From: an uncultured cyanobacterium
GTDB taxonomy: Bacteria > Cyanobacteriota > Cyanobacteriia > Cyanobacteriales > Nostocaceae
Length of the DNA stretch: 64,000 nt
Direction of reading: 5' to 3'
Assembly: GCA_963740315.1 (NCBI GenBank)
Contig: CAVUDP010000001.1
Location: forward strand, 992,001 to 1,056,000
The first letter of the stretch is position 1. The number at the start of each line of letters is the position of its first letter. The position numbers and the translations under genes were made by a program. Below, piece after piece: positions 10,350 through 21,699 of the stretch. The notes under the pieces were generated by a model that did not search any database, had not been told where the DNA came from, and was given only the letters and a program-made list of their open reading frames with translations.

Positions 10350-11657
10350 TCAATTTTCTTGCAATTCTTTCAAAGGAATTTCAAGAATAAACTCTGTACC
10401 TTCTGTGGGAGTCGAATTACAAAGAATTTTTCCATAGTGCTTCTGTACTATAATTTGATAGCAGATAGATAATCCTAACCCACTACCCTTTCCTACAGGC
10501 TTTGTAGTGAAAAATGGGTCAAATATGCATTTGCGAACTTTGTCAGGTATTCCCATACCGTTATCGGCAATAGAAATTCTGGCAGTACTATTGCACTTGA
10601 GAACATTTGTGCTGATGCAAATAGTATGAGCGTTTTTTAAATCTTGAGCTTTTTTGGCTTGCAATTCTGCTTGCTCGTCTAAAGCATCAATGGCATTGTT
10701 TAACAAATGCATAAACACTTGGTTAAGTTCGCTCGCATAACAGGTAATTAGTGGTAAATCGCCATATTTTTTGACTATCTCAATTGCATCGCGATAATTT
10801 GTTTTTCTTAATCGATGCTGCAACATTAGCAAGGTGCTGTCTATACCTTGATGAATATCGACTCGCTTATGTAAGGCTTGATCGTGTCTGGAGAAGTTTT
10901 GCAAGGCTAGTACAATTGAACGTATACGGTCTGCTCCTCTGTACATCGCACCCATTAGCGATTGTGAATCGTTCATCAAAAAATTGATATCTATCTCTTT
11001 TTCTATTTTCTGAATTGTGGCACCCGGATGCGGATATTCCTGTTGATACGCTTTAACTAAATTAACTAAATCTCGTACATATTCACTCACATATTCGAGA
11101 TTAGCGTAGATAAAATTAATAGGGTTATTCACTTCATGAGCAATACCTGCTACCAAATGTCCCAAAGCTACCATTTTTTCATTTTGGATTTGCTGTACTT
11201 GGGCTGCTTTCAAATCTTGTAAAGTATTTTGTAATAAGACATTTTTTTTATGTAATTTTAACTGTAAAGAACGTAAATTAATTTGATTTTCTATTCTTGA
11301 TATAACTTCTGCTGTATGAAAAGGTTTAGTTATATAGTCCGAGCCTCCGACATTAAAGGCTTTGACTTTATCTAACACATCATCAAGAGCGCTGATAAAT
11401 ATTACCGGAACCCGATCGTTTATTTCGTCTGCTTTTAATTTTTGGCAAACTTCATACCCATCCATTTCGGGCATATTAATATCAAGTAAAATTAAATCTG
11501 GTCGTAAAGTTTTACAGGCGTTCAATGCCATTTTTCCGTTTAGAGCTTTGCGAACTTCATAACCTTGGGTTGTTAACATTGCCGATAAAAGTCGCAAGTT
11601 GTCTGGAGTATCATCAACTACTAATATATTTAATTTCTCATTTATATTTGAATGCAT
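10350..11657 (-). CDS. hybrid response regulator / histidine kinase
   Basis: REC domain (VVDD, LLDINMP, KPF), H-box AHEVNNP, N-box NAIDA, DNGMGI and GSGLGL. Confidence 0.92.
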   Translation of the reverse strand: MHSNINEKLNILVVDDTPDNLRLLSAMLTTQGYEVRKALNGKMALNACKTLRPDLILLDINMPEMDGYEVCQKLKADEINDRVPVIFISALDDVLDKVKAFNVGGSDYITKPFHTAEVISRIENQINLRSLQLKLHKKNVLLQNTLQDLKAAQVQQIQNEKMVALGHLVAGIAHEVNNPINFIYANLEYVSEYVRDLVNLVKAYQQEYPHPGATIQKIEKEIDINFLMNDSQSLMGAMYRGADRIRSIVLALQNFSRHDQALHKRVDIHQGIDSTLLMLQHRLRKTNYRDAIEIVKKYGDLPLITCYASELNQVFMHLLNNAIDALDEQAELQAKKAQDLKNAHTICISTNVLKCNSTARISIADNGMGIPDKVRKCIFDPFFTTKPVGKGSGLGLSICYQIIVQKHYGKILCNSTPTEGTEFILEIPLKELQEN

Positions 11658-12139
11658 TTGTTACCTAATTGTATGCAATATATTTTATTTGTTGTCAATA
11701 TTTTTATTTGATTTTACTAACTATGAAATGCAATATATTTTATCGAGCTTGCATTATCGTGTAAATCAACTAACTTTTATTTTAAGCATGGTTAAAACTG
11801 AATATTTTTATTCAATTATTAGATATTAAATAATCTATATTCTTTTCATAAAATTAATAATTTTCACGGATCAAACGATTTATCTAGTAAAATATACTAT
11901 AATTATATTTAGAAAATTTACCTTATATGACATATTATTTTAAACTATGGTTATAAGCAGAATGTAGGCGATCGCACTTTACAAGGCTGCACGCATAGCA
12001 TCATAACGTCAAGTCAAATTGGTCGCTTAAAATATTCACCGCTAAGAGCAGTCATTTATAAGTATATTAGATAACACGCTGAAATTATAAATGCGATCGT
12101 CAAATATCAGAAGATCGTTCTATTATTTACACAGTTTGA

Positions 12140-13996
12140 TTACCATCGAGGCGCTGCTAACATCAATTCTAAAATTGATTGTGGCTCCATTGCATGGGAA
12201 AATAAAATTCCCTGAGCAGAATTGCAATTTAAATTTCTAATCTGCGATAGTTGTTCCAAAGTTTCAACTCCTTCAGCAACTGCTTTCATGCCCATTGAAT
12301 GAGCTATGCTAATCATTGCTGGAACCAAACCCATATTTATATGGTTTTCCTGCATCAAATTTAAAAATGATTTATCAATTTTAAGAGTATTCAACGGAAA
12401 GCTATGCAGATAACTTAAAGAAGAATAACCCGTGCCGAAGTCATCCATTGTTAGCTTAATATTTCGCTGTTTAAGTTCCTGAAGAGTTGTTTTGACATCT
12501 ATGCTATTTTCCATAATTACACTTTCTGTAATTTCAAATTCTAAGAAAGCAGGATTGATTTTTGTTTCGTAAATAATTTGGTCGATTTGAGCGAGAAAAT
12601 TTGGCTGTAAAAACGATTTTGCACTCAAGTTGACACTAATATATAAAGTGGGAACTGCTGGATCGTTTTGCCAAATACGTAGTTGATTGCAGGCTGATTT
12701 TAATACCCAAGTATCCATAGCATGAATTAAACCTGTTTCTTCTGCCACAGAAATAAATTCCGTCGGTAAAATTAAACCTTTGGTAGGATGTTGCCAACGA
12801 ACAAGTGCCTCCAATCCAATAATTGAACCACTATCTAAAGAAACTATCGGCTGATAGTAAACAATTAATTCTTGCTGTAAAACAGCTCTTCTCAGGTCAT
12901 TTTCTAGCTCTAAAATTTGGATAGCTTCCCGATGCATCTCAGGATTAAATACGTGGAATCGTCCTTTGCCCAAAGCTTTGGCACGATACATAGCCGTATC
13001 AGCATCTCTTAGTAAATATTCGGGTTTTTCATAATTAAGATTACCCCAATTTATGCCGATGCTTACATTAACGAATACCTGGTATCTAGATATTTGAAAA
13101 TGTTGCTCGAAAGAGTTAAGAATACGCTCCGCAATGCAAGTTACCATCTCAATATCTGAGACATTCTCCAGAAGAATACCGAATTCATCGCCACCCAATC
13201 TGGCTAAAGTATCAAATGGTGACAAAGAACTTTGCAAGCGCTCAGCGATCGCAACGAGTAATTCATCTCCCACTAAATGTCCTAAAGAATCATTAATAAT
13301 TTTGAAGCGATCGCAGTCTAGAAAAAGCACGGCGAAATTATAGTTAGATTCCTGCTTGGCGCGATTTAATGCTTGTTCTAATCGATTGATAAAAAAGACT
13401 CTATTAGGTAAACCAGTTAAAGCATCGCGTAAAGCACTTTCAAGCAGCTTACTTTGTAATTCCTGGCGAGAATGAACTTCTATTTGAAGCTTTTGCAGAG
13501 CTTTTTCGAGTTCTAAGGTACGCTGTTTGACTCTTTCTTCAAGCTCGTTATTTAACTTTAATACTTCTAATTGAGCATTTCTCAATTCTAATTGATTTTG
13601 TACTCGTGCTATGACTTCTGCAAATTCAAAGGGTTTAGTGATATAATCTACACCTCCTACCTTAAAAGCTTTGACTTTATCAAAAACATCGTCTAAGGCG
13701 CTGATAAAAATAATTGGTATATCGACGGTTTTTTGATTGCCCTTAAAACGCTGGCAAATCTCATATCCATCTATTTCCGGCATCATGATATCAAGTAAAA
13801 TCAAATCTGGTAATTGAGCAGAGCAAGCTGTAAAAGCCATTTGCCAGTTCAAAGCTTTGCGAACGTTATATCCAACTTTAGCCAGAATTGAAGATAAAAT
13901 ACGTAAATTATCTGGGGTGTCATCAATAATTAAGATATCTTTATTAACAAGATTGGGCGAATAATTCCCATCTTTCGTTTTGCGAGTCAATTCCAT
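12140..13996 (-). CDS. REC-GGDEF-EAL diguanylate cyclase/phosphodiesterase
   Basis: REC domain, RLGGDEF, EALVRW and DDFGTGYSSL. Confidence 0.93.
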   Translation of the reverse strand: MELTRKTKDGNYSPNLVNKDILIIDDTPDNLRILSSILAKVGYNVRKALNWQMAFTACSAQLPDLILLDIMMPEIDGYEICQRFKGNQKTVDIPIIFISALDDVFDKVKAFKVGGVDYITKPFEFAEVIARVQNQLELRNAQLEVLKLNNELEERVKQRTLELEKALQKLQIEVHSRQELQSKLLESALRDALTGLPNRVFFINRLEQALNRAKQESNYNFAVLFLDCDRFKIINDSLGHLVGDELLVAIAERLQSSLSPFDTLARLGGDEFGILLENVSDIEMVTCIAERILNSFEQHFQISRYQVFVNVSIGINWGNLNYEKPEYLLRDADTAMYRAKALGKGRFHVFNPEMHREAIQILELENDLRRAVLQQELIVYYQPIVSLDSGSIIGLEALVRWQHPTKGLILPTEFISVAEETGLIHAMDTWVLKSACNQLRIWQNDPAVPTLYISVNLSAKSFLQPNFLAQIDQIIYETKINPAFLEFEITESVIMENSIDVKTTLQELKQRNIKLTMDDFGTGYSSLSYLHSFPLNTLKIDKSFLNLMQENHINMGLVPAMISIAHSMGMKAVAEGVETLEQLSQIRNLNCNSAQGILFSHAMEPQSILELMLAAPRW

Positions 13997-14486
13997 AATT
14001 TATTCAAGCTATATTTAAAAGCTAAATTCCTGATTTTTAATCGTTATTGACTTATTAAGATTTATGAAATATGAAATTTTCTTAAGCCATACCATAAACT
14101 TTGATAACACGATAAGATGTTATCGCGGTAGAATAATTTTTGAAGCAGCTTTGAATAAAATTAGCCTGTAGGTTGTTTCCTACTGCTGCGCTCAAAGCTC
14201 TAGAAGCTATTAACCTCAACATTTTTAGCTTTTTACGATATAAGATATAAGGGTTATATCTGTGTACCCATATACAAATCTATGGATACTATGTATTTTA
14301 AACTACAAATAGGCTAAGATTAATATTGTCTTTGTAATTTAAAATATGTTTATAGGCTCGGCAAAAAAAAGAAGTTTTATTTATTAAAAAATTCTCTAGA
14401 TAAAAACAAGTACTTGTGCCAACATTCAATTAAACATTTAACTTAAATAGGGAGTAGCGAACGGTTACACAACCGATCGTTATTTA

Positions 14487-14642
14487 TATAGGAATCCGAT
14501 CTGAATATTGAAAAAAATTAAGTATTTGTAGGGTGTGTTATGGCTTCAGCCTAACGCACCGAAATCTTGGTATAGTGGTGCGTTGCGCGCAGCAAGCAAC
14601 ACACCCTACGTGTTTTTCAAAAATCTGCGGAGTAATCCTATA
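14487..14642. mobile_element. MITE-like element with TATAGGA terminal inverted repeats enclosing an inverted GTAG-REP pair
   Basis: Ends TATAGGAATCCG...TAATCCTATA with an inner TTGAAAAA/TTTTTCAA pair; REPs at 14528-14560 and 14577-14609. Confidence 0.6.
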
Positions 14643-14940
14643 TATATAAAAGTAACTAACGCAAGCTTGACTACTTAAAAATTATTTTATAAAAGAAAAA
14701 TCAGGAGTTTTTAGCTAGAATTTGAAGATATCGGTGATAAGTTTGAATGTATTCACTGTTAGCGACGCTATTGCTTAAAAATTATGGATTTAATTCACTA
14801 TTAATTCCCTACTAAATTATGAACATTTAATTTTTTAAGTTCTTCAGTCTAAAGGCTTAACATATTGTTAAAAAGCTAATTTGATAATTAATTTACTAAT
14901 ACCACACGGCTTAAATAGCGCACCCATTTTTAAAATGGTC

Positions 14941-15006
14941 AGAAGTCGGGTTTTTATTTTTGAAGATATTGGTATTACAGATACGTATTCTAAAAACCCG
15001 ACTTCT
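14941..15006. repeat. perfect 16-bp inverted repeat with 34-nt loop
   Basis: AGAAGTCGGGTTTTTA / TAAAAACCCGACTTCT; related short-loop hairpins near 48002 and at 63960-63990. Confidence 0.7.
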
Positions 15007-15163
15007 ATACCCGAGCCGAGTCATGTATTGTTGTGGTCTATAAGTCGTTTAATATGGGTATATGGGTACCTGACTTACGCCTGTCTGTACTAGTTATTGA
15101 TTAATATTATTCCTCATTCGCCATCCCCTAATTACTTAACTGTCAAATCAATTATAAATCTTC

Positions 15164-15285
15164 AGGACTTACGCGATTGTCACAATCGGATGGTGCGTGA
15201 CACTGAATGCCCGATCGTTTCGTTCAAAATAAAGGAAAAGTGTCACACACCCTACAAGAAAAAATGTGCCTTTTTGCTAAGTCCT
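15164..15285. mobile_element. MITE-like element (AGGACTTA...TAAGTCCT ends) enclosing a long-loop GTAG-REP
   Basis: Terminal inverted repeats seen directly; internal GGTGCGTGACACT-34 nt-AGTGTCACACACCCTAC. Confidence 0.6.
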
Positions 15286-15403
15286 AATCTTATAGTTATA
15301 GTTATTAATCTTAATTATCCATAAAAAATTAGCTGCCCCATTGCAAAAATTTGCATTGAAAAAGACAGCAATATATATATTTTTTTTATATAGCTATAGC
15401 TAT

Positions 15404-16093
15404 TTATTCAGCTTTAATCTTGTCTTGAGATCCTTCTTGAGTATCATAAAGCGGCGTTTTATCAATTCCACCGACTTTGTTTAAGGGCCAAAAACGAAGT
15501 ACGGCACGACCGATAATGTTTTCACGAGGAACAACACCCCAACAACGGCTATCGTAACTACTTCCACGATTATCTCCTAACACTAAATAGGAGCCAGATG
15601 GAATAGTTTTAGGTTCAGATAAAAATGGCTGTGTAGATGCTGAAGTACAAAGTTCAATTGATGTATTTTTTACATCAGCAAGGTAATTTTTTTCTTCTAA
15701 AGGCTTACCATTTATATATACTTTGCCGCCGTTTAACTCTACCTTTTCTCCAGGTAAAGCAATTATCCGCTTGATAAAAGCATCATGAAATTTCTCTTTT
15801 TGTAGCTCTTCTGTAGGAGAGAAGACTACAACGTCTCCCCGCTGAGGAACGGAAAATTTGTAACTTAACTTATCAACAATTATCTTGTCTGCCTCCCACT
15901 GATTTGGAGTACCGTGCAAAGTGGGTTCCATCGAGCCAGAAGGAATCCAACGTGCTTCAGCAACAAAGGTGCGAATCGAAAGAGCAAGCACGATGCTTAA
16001 TCCGATTGTTTTGCCTAATTCAAAAAACCAGGAATTATCGGGTTGTTGGTTAGAGTGGCGGTCAGACACTGGATTTTGCATGTAATTACTCAA
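15404..16093 (-). CDS. lepB: signal peptidase I
   Basis: IPSGSMEPTL (catalytic Ser), FIKRII (catalytic Lys), GDNRGSSYDSR. Confidence 0.93.
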   Translation of the reverse strand: MSNYMQNPVSDRHSNQQPDNSWFFELGKTIGLSIVLALSIRTFVAEARWIPSGSMEPTLHGTPNQWEADKIIVDKLSYKFSVPQRGDVVVFSPTEELQKEKFHDAFIKRIIALPGEKVELNGGKVYINGKPLEEKNYLADVKNTSIELCTSASTQPFLSEPKTIPSGSYLVLGDNRGSSYDSRCWGVVPRENIIGRAVLRFWPLNKVGGIDKTPLYDTQEGSQDKIKAE

Positions 16094-16339
16094 GTAGAAA
16101 CTAAATTATGCTCCAAAAAGAAACAAGACGGCTAGGGAGACTGTATTTTTTTATCTTAACTGTACAAAGATGCTGTTAGGAGTTATGTTGTCATGTTGAC
16201 ACGGTTATTTGTACTTGAATTAAACATTCTTCGTTGCTAATAACACATAATGCTTACCATCAAGGCATTCCATAAGTTTAACTTCAATCAGGATAGCTGT
16301 ATGTCAAAATTTACTGTTATTTAGACCAAGTGTATCCTC

Positions 16340-17659
16340 ATGTCATCTCCTAGTTTACTAATTCGCGGTGCGAGAATTCTTTTACCTAATGGTGAATTTA
16401 TTGTTGGGGATGTGCTGATGCGCGATCGCCAAATTGTCAAAGTCTCACCATCACAGATAGACGAAACAGCTACCCACATAATTGACGCTGATGGGTTAAC
16501 TTTGTTGCCCGGAGTCATTGACCCACAAGTACATTTTCGGGAACCGGGGCTAGAACACAAAGAAGACTTGTTTACTGCTTCCTGTGCTTGTGCCAAGGGG
16601 GGAGTAACTTCGTTTCTAGAAATGCCTAACACTCGCCCTTTAACAGTGAGTCAATCAGCTTTAAATGACAAATTACAGCTTGCTGCGAATAAGTGCCTTG
16701 TTAATTATGGCTTTTTTATTGGGGCAACGTCGGATAATTTGTCTGAATTGCTACAGGCTAATCCTACCCCAGGAATAAAGATTTTCATGGGATCGATGCA
16801 CGGTCCTTTGCTAGTAGATCCTCAAGAAACATTAGAAGCAATATTTGGCAACGGTGAAATTTTAATTGCAGTTCACGCCGAAGATCAAACTAGGCTTAGA
16901 CAACGTAGGGAAGAATTCGCAAATATTCATGATGTCGCCATTCACTCGCAAATACAAGATAATCAAGCAGCATTAATCGCAACAAAAAGGGCATTAAAAC
17001 TTTCTAAAAAATATCAACGTCGGCTACATATTCTGCATATGTCTACCGCAGAGGAAGCAGATTTACTGCGGCAAGATAAACCTAGCTGGGTGACGGCAGA
17101 AGTAACACCCCAACATTTGTTATTAAATACGACTGCTTACGAAAAAATAGGCAGTTTGGCGCAGATGAATCCCCCTTTGCGAACATCTCGTGATAATGAA
17201 GTACTTTGGCAAGCGTTGTTAGATGGGGTAATTGATTTCATTGCTACGGATCATGCACCTCATACTTTAGAGGAAAAAGCGCAAACTTATCCGAAAAGTC
17301 CTTCCGGAATGCCTGGAGTGGAAACTTCTTTAGCTTTAATGCTAACTGCTGCTGTTGATGGGCGTTGTACTGTTGCCCAAGTTGTTAACTGGATGTCAAC
17401 TGCTGTCGCTGCTGCTTATTGTATTCCTAATAAGGGTGCGATCGCTCCGGGTTATGATGCCGATTTAGTGCTGGTAGATTTAAACTCGCGAAAAAAAGTC
17501 CGACGCGAAGAACTTGTGACTAAATGCGGTTGGAGTCCTTTTGAAGGCTGGGATTTAACGGGATGGGCGGTAACAACTATTGTTGGCGGTGAGATTGTTT
17601 ATCACCAAGGTAAGTTGAATACAGAAAGCAGAGGTAGAGCTTTGACTTTTAAGCATTAA
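16340..17659 (+). CDS. pyrC: dihydroorotase
   Basis: PGVIDPQVHFREPG, EMPNT, VHAED, MNPPLR and ATDHAPH. Confidence 0.9.
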   Translation: MSSPSLLIRGARILLPNGEFIVGDVLMRDRQIVKVSPSQIDETATHIIDADGLTLLPGVIDPQVHFREPGLEHKEDLFTASCACAKGGVTSFLEMPNTRPLTVSQSALNDKLQLAANKCLVNYGFFIGATSDNLSELLQANPTPGIKIFMGSMHGPLLVDPQETLEAIFGNGEILIAVHAEDQTRLRQRREEFANIHDVAIHSQIQDNQAALIATKRALKLSKKYQRRLHILHMSTAEEADLLRQDKPSWVTAEVTPQHLLLNTTAYEKIGSLAQMNPPLRTSRDNEVLWQALLDGVIDFIATDHAPHTLEEKAQTYPKSPSGMPGVETSLALMLTAAVDGRCTVAQVVNWMSTAVAAAYCIPNKGAIAPGYDADLVLVDLNSRKKVRREELVTKCGWSPFEGWDLTGWAVTTIVGGEIVYHQGKLNTESRGRALTFKH

Positions 17660-17743
17660 AAATCAACCAGCGTTATTTTGGAATCGGCCAAAAATGCTGT
17701 TTCAAAGAATCTGGTAAAAAACTTTGATATTTAATAAATCCCC

Positions 17744-17781
17744 AAAGCGCTTGTTGTTATTCAACCAGGCGCTTTATTTTT
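17744..17781 (+). terminator. putative intrinsic terminator after pyrC
   Basis: AAAGCGCTTG...CAGGCGCTTT stem followed by a T-rich tract. Confidence 0.5.
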
Positions 17782-18004
17782 CTTAAAATTATTAGAATTT
17801 AGAGCAAATATTTTCTTGGGCACTAATCAATCAAGTTTTAAGTCAACTAGAAATACAAAAATTTATACAAACAGTAGTTATTTCTACTAGTTTTCTTAGA
17901 AAATTTCGTTGTTAATTTTCAGTATTTATTCTGCTTTTAAATAAATAAATTGTAATTAAAGCAAAAAGTTTTCAGTATTTATTGCATTTGACAAACTAAA
18001 AAAA

Positions 18005-18030
18005 TCTGGATACTGGAATTATTAATGGTA
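18005..18030 (+). promoter_or_regulatory. possible DIF1-like heterocyst-differentiation promoter motif upstream of patS
   Basis: TCTGGA (one mismatch to TCCGGA) followed after 17 nt by GTA, about 400 nt upstream of patS; inference only. Confidence 0.3.
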
Positions 18031-18404
18031 TGCAAAACTACTTAAATAACAAAGGCAACTTTTATATTATCTTAACTTTTTTCACTTAAATACTAGCGTT
18101 TACCCTTACGAGCAATCACTCAGGCATATCAATAATAAACGTGTCAAACTGAACACAAAAACAGGTCGCACGATTATTAATAATGATGGAAAACTTTGGA
18201 AATAGGCACTTTTTGCCAGTATTTACTCATAAAGATACTGATAAAAATAAAGCACTTCTATAATTTATCGATCGGTTAGGGTATCACCCCCCCTTGTTAA
18301 GTGTTACTTGGTTTGGCATGATACTTATTCACTCTTGGGCATTAGTATAAAATAAATTCTTATTTGTAAACAGATTAGCAGGTTTTCAGGTGATTATAAT
18401 TACA

Positions 18405-18446
18405 ATGTATCGCTGTTTCTCTGATGAACGAGGAAGTGGCAGATAA
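18405..18446 (+). CDS. patS: heterocyst pattern inhibitor peptide PatS (MYRCFSDERGSGR; possible 18-aa form from GTG at 18390)
   Basis: ATG TAT CGC TGT TTC TCT GAT GAA CGA GGA AGT GGC AGA TAA; C-terminal ERGSGR; downstream of pyrC and convergent with tsaE/hetY, as at the Anabaena patS locus. Confidence 0.92.
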   Translation: MYRCFSDERGSGR

Positions 18447-18511
18447 AACGGATTAAATAAGAAGCGAGATTACTTATGTTTGTATATTTGATTTTCTAAG
18501 AAAGTAATTTG

Positions 18512-19009
18512 CTACTGGTTGCGATATTCTTCGCCTAAAGCCAGAATTTTCTCACTTATGGTGCAATTACATGGAACGATTTCGGCAAAGCGTACATTAG
18601 CCGTCTGGTGGTATGGGCTTTCGCGCTCAATATTCAAATTTATAGTGAGATAAATATCTGGCTTATAAGGCATCCGTTGTGCCCATTCGATAGCTACAAT
18701 TCCTGGCGAAACTTCAATGCCTTCCCAGTAAGTTTCGAGGTTTAAGGCAATTATTTCCGAAGCATCTAAACGGTATAAATCAAGATGATAAAGGGGAAGG
18801 CGGGCTTGAGTATACTCATTAATAATAGTGAAAGTGGGGCTGACGATTGATTCGTTAATATCCAAACCTTTACCTATACCTTGTACCAAGGTAGTTTTAC
18901 CCGTGCCCAAATTACCTTCTAGTAAAATTACACTATTAGGGGTTAGCGTCTCACCCAGAATTATACCCAAGCGTTGAGTTGCGAGTGCGTCTTTAAGAAA
19001 GATTTTCAT
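18512..19009 (-). CDS. tsaE: tRNA threonylcarbamoyladenosine biosynthesis ATPase TsaE (HetY-like)
   Basis: GNLGTGKTT, SPTFTIINEY, HLDLYRL and IEWA. Confidence 0.92.
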   Translation of the reverse strand: MKIFLKDALATQRLGIILGETLTPNSVILLEGNLGTGKTTLVQGIGKGLDINESIVSPTFTIINEYTQARLPLYHLDLYRLDASEIIALNLETYWEGIEVSPGIVAIEWAQRMPYKPDIYLTINLNIERESPYHQTANVRFAEIVPCNCTISEKILALGEEYRNQ

Positions 19010-19157
19010 CGTAACTCCATCAAATTCAAATTCTTAAAATTCTTAAACTGTGAATAAATTCCCCATAAACCCGAAAACTGGTAATTTCGGGTTTTATTTA
19101 CTACGTCTATAAGAAAAAAAAATTTATAGTTCCAGTTATCTTTTGTAGGCAAAAAGT

Positions 19158-20573
19158 TCAGTTACAATCGATCGCTGACTCTTTTCTAAACATTTTGTAC
19201 AGCTTTCGCATTCCTTTAGGAGTTCCACTATACCAACGTAGAAGAACTTGTGCTAATTTTTGATGATCGTGACGCACGCAACCAGTCTCATCTTCGCTCA
19301 TGACGTTAGCTAAAACTATTCTGCGTCCGCAAAGAGTTACCTCTTCTCGATCCAAAAATACTGGATGAGAATTTTCTTTAGCATAACGGATTAGGGCGCG
19401 GGCAGTAGGAGACTTCTTATGTACTAAAACTGCATCAAATAGCTTTTGCTGGCAAGCTTTATCGATAGATTGAATGTGATCGGCAACCGTGTAACCTTGG
19501 GTTTCTCCCGGTTGAGTCATAATGTTACAAACATATACTTTAGGCACGGTTGTTGCGGCGATCGCATCTGCGATTTCGGGTACCAAAAGATTGGGAATCA
19601 CGCTGGTGTAAAGACTGCCCGGACCCATAATAATGTAATCAGCATCTTTGATTGCTTTGATTGCAGTGGGTAAAGCAGGTGGATTCGCCGGAGTGCAGCC
19701 AATTTTAACAACTTTACCTCCAGCTTTGGTAATTTTTGATTCACCCTGAATGCGACGACCATCGTCTAATTCAGCCCATAAACGAACATCGCTAAGTGTA
19801 GCTGGAAGTACTTGCCCTCTAATAGCTAGCACTTTTGAACTTGTGGCAACGGCTCGCTCTAAGTCACCAGTAATTTCACTCATTGCAGTTAAGAACAAGT
19901 TGCCAAAACTGTGACCGCTCAAACCGTCTCCAGCACTGAAGCGATATTGAAACAACTCTGTCAATAATTTTTCTTCATCCGCCAAAGCTGCCAAACAATT
20001 ACGAATATCTCCGGGTGGTAATACGCCAAATTCTTCACGCAACCTCCCCGACGATCCACCATCGTCAGCTACGGTGACAATAGCAGTAATATTCGCACTG
20101 TAAGTTTTTAGTCCTCTTAATAAGGTAGAAAGTCCCGTACCGCCGCCAATGACAACAATTTTTGGTCCTCGATATAATCTCCGATGAGCTAAGAGTACAT
20201 CAATTAATTCTTCGTCACCTTCTGGTTTTAGTACCCGAGTAATTGAACCTACCGTGCGGGTTTGTCCCCAAACTAGCAACAGCAAACCGCCAATCATTAC
20301 TATGGGTCCGCTGATGTAGTAAGGTATGATATTCGTGAGTAACGAGAGTGCGCTTTTAATTAACTCCAGCACCCAGTAAATTGGGGTTAATCCGCTCCAA
20401 ATAGCGAAGCCCAGACTTGCTAGCACTACCCCCGCCATACTAATTAGAAACCAACGTTTAACCGATAACCCAGGGGACAACCACTTAAACCACTGATTGA
20501 CTCGATGAGGAGCGCGACGGCGCGACTGTTGTTGCATGACGTTAAGAGCTTGTCTGAGAAAACCAATTGACAT
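19158..20573 (-). CDS. yvcK: YvcK/CofD-like protein with N-terminal transmembrane helices
   Basis: [33 protein letters not shown] and GPGSLYTS. Confidence 0.88.
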   Translation of the reverse strand: MSIGFLRQALNVMQQQSRRRAPHRVNQWFKWLSPGLSVKRWFLISMAGVVLASLGFAIWSGLTPIYWVLELIKSALSLLTNIIPYYISGPIVMIGGLLLLVWGQTRTVGSITRVLKPEGDEELIDVLLAHRRLYRGPKIVVIGGGTGLSTLLRGLKTYSANITAIVTVADDGGSSGRLREEFGVLPPGDIRNCLAALADEEKLLTELFQYRFSAGDGLSGHSFGNLFLTAMSEITGDLERAVATSSKVLAIRGQVLPATLSDVRLWAELDDGRRIQGESKITKAGGKVVKIGCTPANPPALPTAIKAIKDADYIIMGPGSLYTSVIPNLLVPEIADAIAATTVPKVYVCNIMTQPGETQGYTVADHIQSIDKACQQKLFDAVLVHKKSPTARALIRYAKENSHPVFLDREEVTLCGRRIVLANVMSEDETGCVRHDHQKLAQVLLRWYSGTPKGMRKLYKMFRKESAIDCN

Positions 20574-20750
20574 ATCGCAATTGTAAGCAGTGGTCTAAAC
20601 AATAATTAATTGAGAATTTACACTAAGAGCATTCAAATCTAAGAATGTAATTATTACAATTTTTAATTCTAATTAGCTGAATCCATCTAATTAACTTAAC
20701 GAGAAAACTAAGTTAAATCACTGTAATTATATGAAAAGACAGTAAAGTAA

Positions 20751-21242
20751 ATGCAAAGAAAAATTTTAGGATTAGATCCAGGATTAGCAATTTTAGGTTT
20801 TGGAGCAATTATATGCCAAAAAAATCAAGTTAACTCGCCTGCCGATTCAGTAGATTTACTAGACTTTGGAATTATTAGTACGCCCAAAGACATTCCAGTA
20901 GAGCAAAGGCTATCTACAATTTACGACGATTTACACACTGTAATAGAACAATTTCAACCAGATTTGGTAGCGATTGAAAAATTCTTCTTTTACCGGATGT
21001 CAAATACTATCCTGGTTGCTCAAGCTAGAGGAGTCATTATGCTGGTGTTGGGGCAACATCATTTACCTGTGGTAGAATTTGCACCTTCTCAAATTAAGTT
21101 AACTTTAGCGGGTTACGGTAAGGCTGAAAAATCCGAAGTACAAGAAGCAGTGGCGCGAGAACTTGATTTAGACTATATTCCCCGTCCCGATGATGCCGCT
21201 GATGCTTTGGCGATCGCGTTAACGGCATGGTTTCAATCATAA
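20751..21242 (+). CDS. ruvC: Holliday junction resolvase RuvC
   Basis: ILGLDPG, AIEKFF, QARGV and [10 protein letters not shown]. Confidence 0.93.
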   Translation: MQRKILGLDPGLAILGFGAIICQKNQVNSPADSVDLLDFGIISTPKDIPVEQRLSTIYDDLHTVIEQFQPDLVAIEKFFFYRMSNTILVAQARGVIMLVLGQHHLPVVEFAPSQIKLTLAGYGKAEKSEVQEAVARELDLDYIPRPDDAADALAIALTAWFQS

Positions 21243-21699
21243 AGTATTATATGAACTTTATAAATTCTTTAATCGGTACTTAAAGTAATTGTACTGATGA
21301 TTTTAAATAAACCTTTTTATTAATTTTTATAACTTCAAGTTGTATAGAAAAAGAAATATGAAATTATGAATAAATTATTAAAATTAATATAAAGATAGCG
21401 CGTGAAATTAGAGCTACATATAATTGAGGGCGATCGTTCGCACTGTATTTTTCTTCCCAATGATGTTAAACGTAGCGCCATAAAAATAGTTCGCATATTT
21501 TTATGCTTTATAGCGTAACAAGAGTGAAAACTGATAATTAATCCTGTTATTCTCTAAAAAGTAAAAGCTTAAAGAAACTTTACGTGAAATAGCACCATAC
21601 TTATCTAAAAAAGAAGACATATACAATAATTTGTTTGCCTTGACTACATAAGCTCAAAATAATCATCTGCTCCTAAATGCGTGTCTTAACCTGATTTTT

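Noticed and set aside
14881..15324. Two short plus-strand ORFs in the long intergenic region
   Set aside because: They run through hairpin and MITE-like repeats, start with TTG and show no protein-like features
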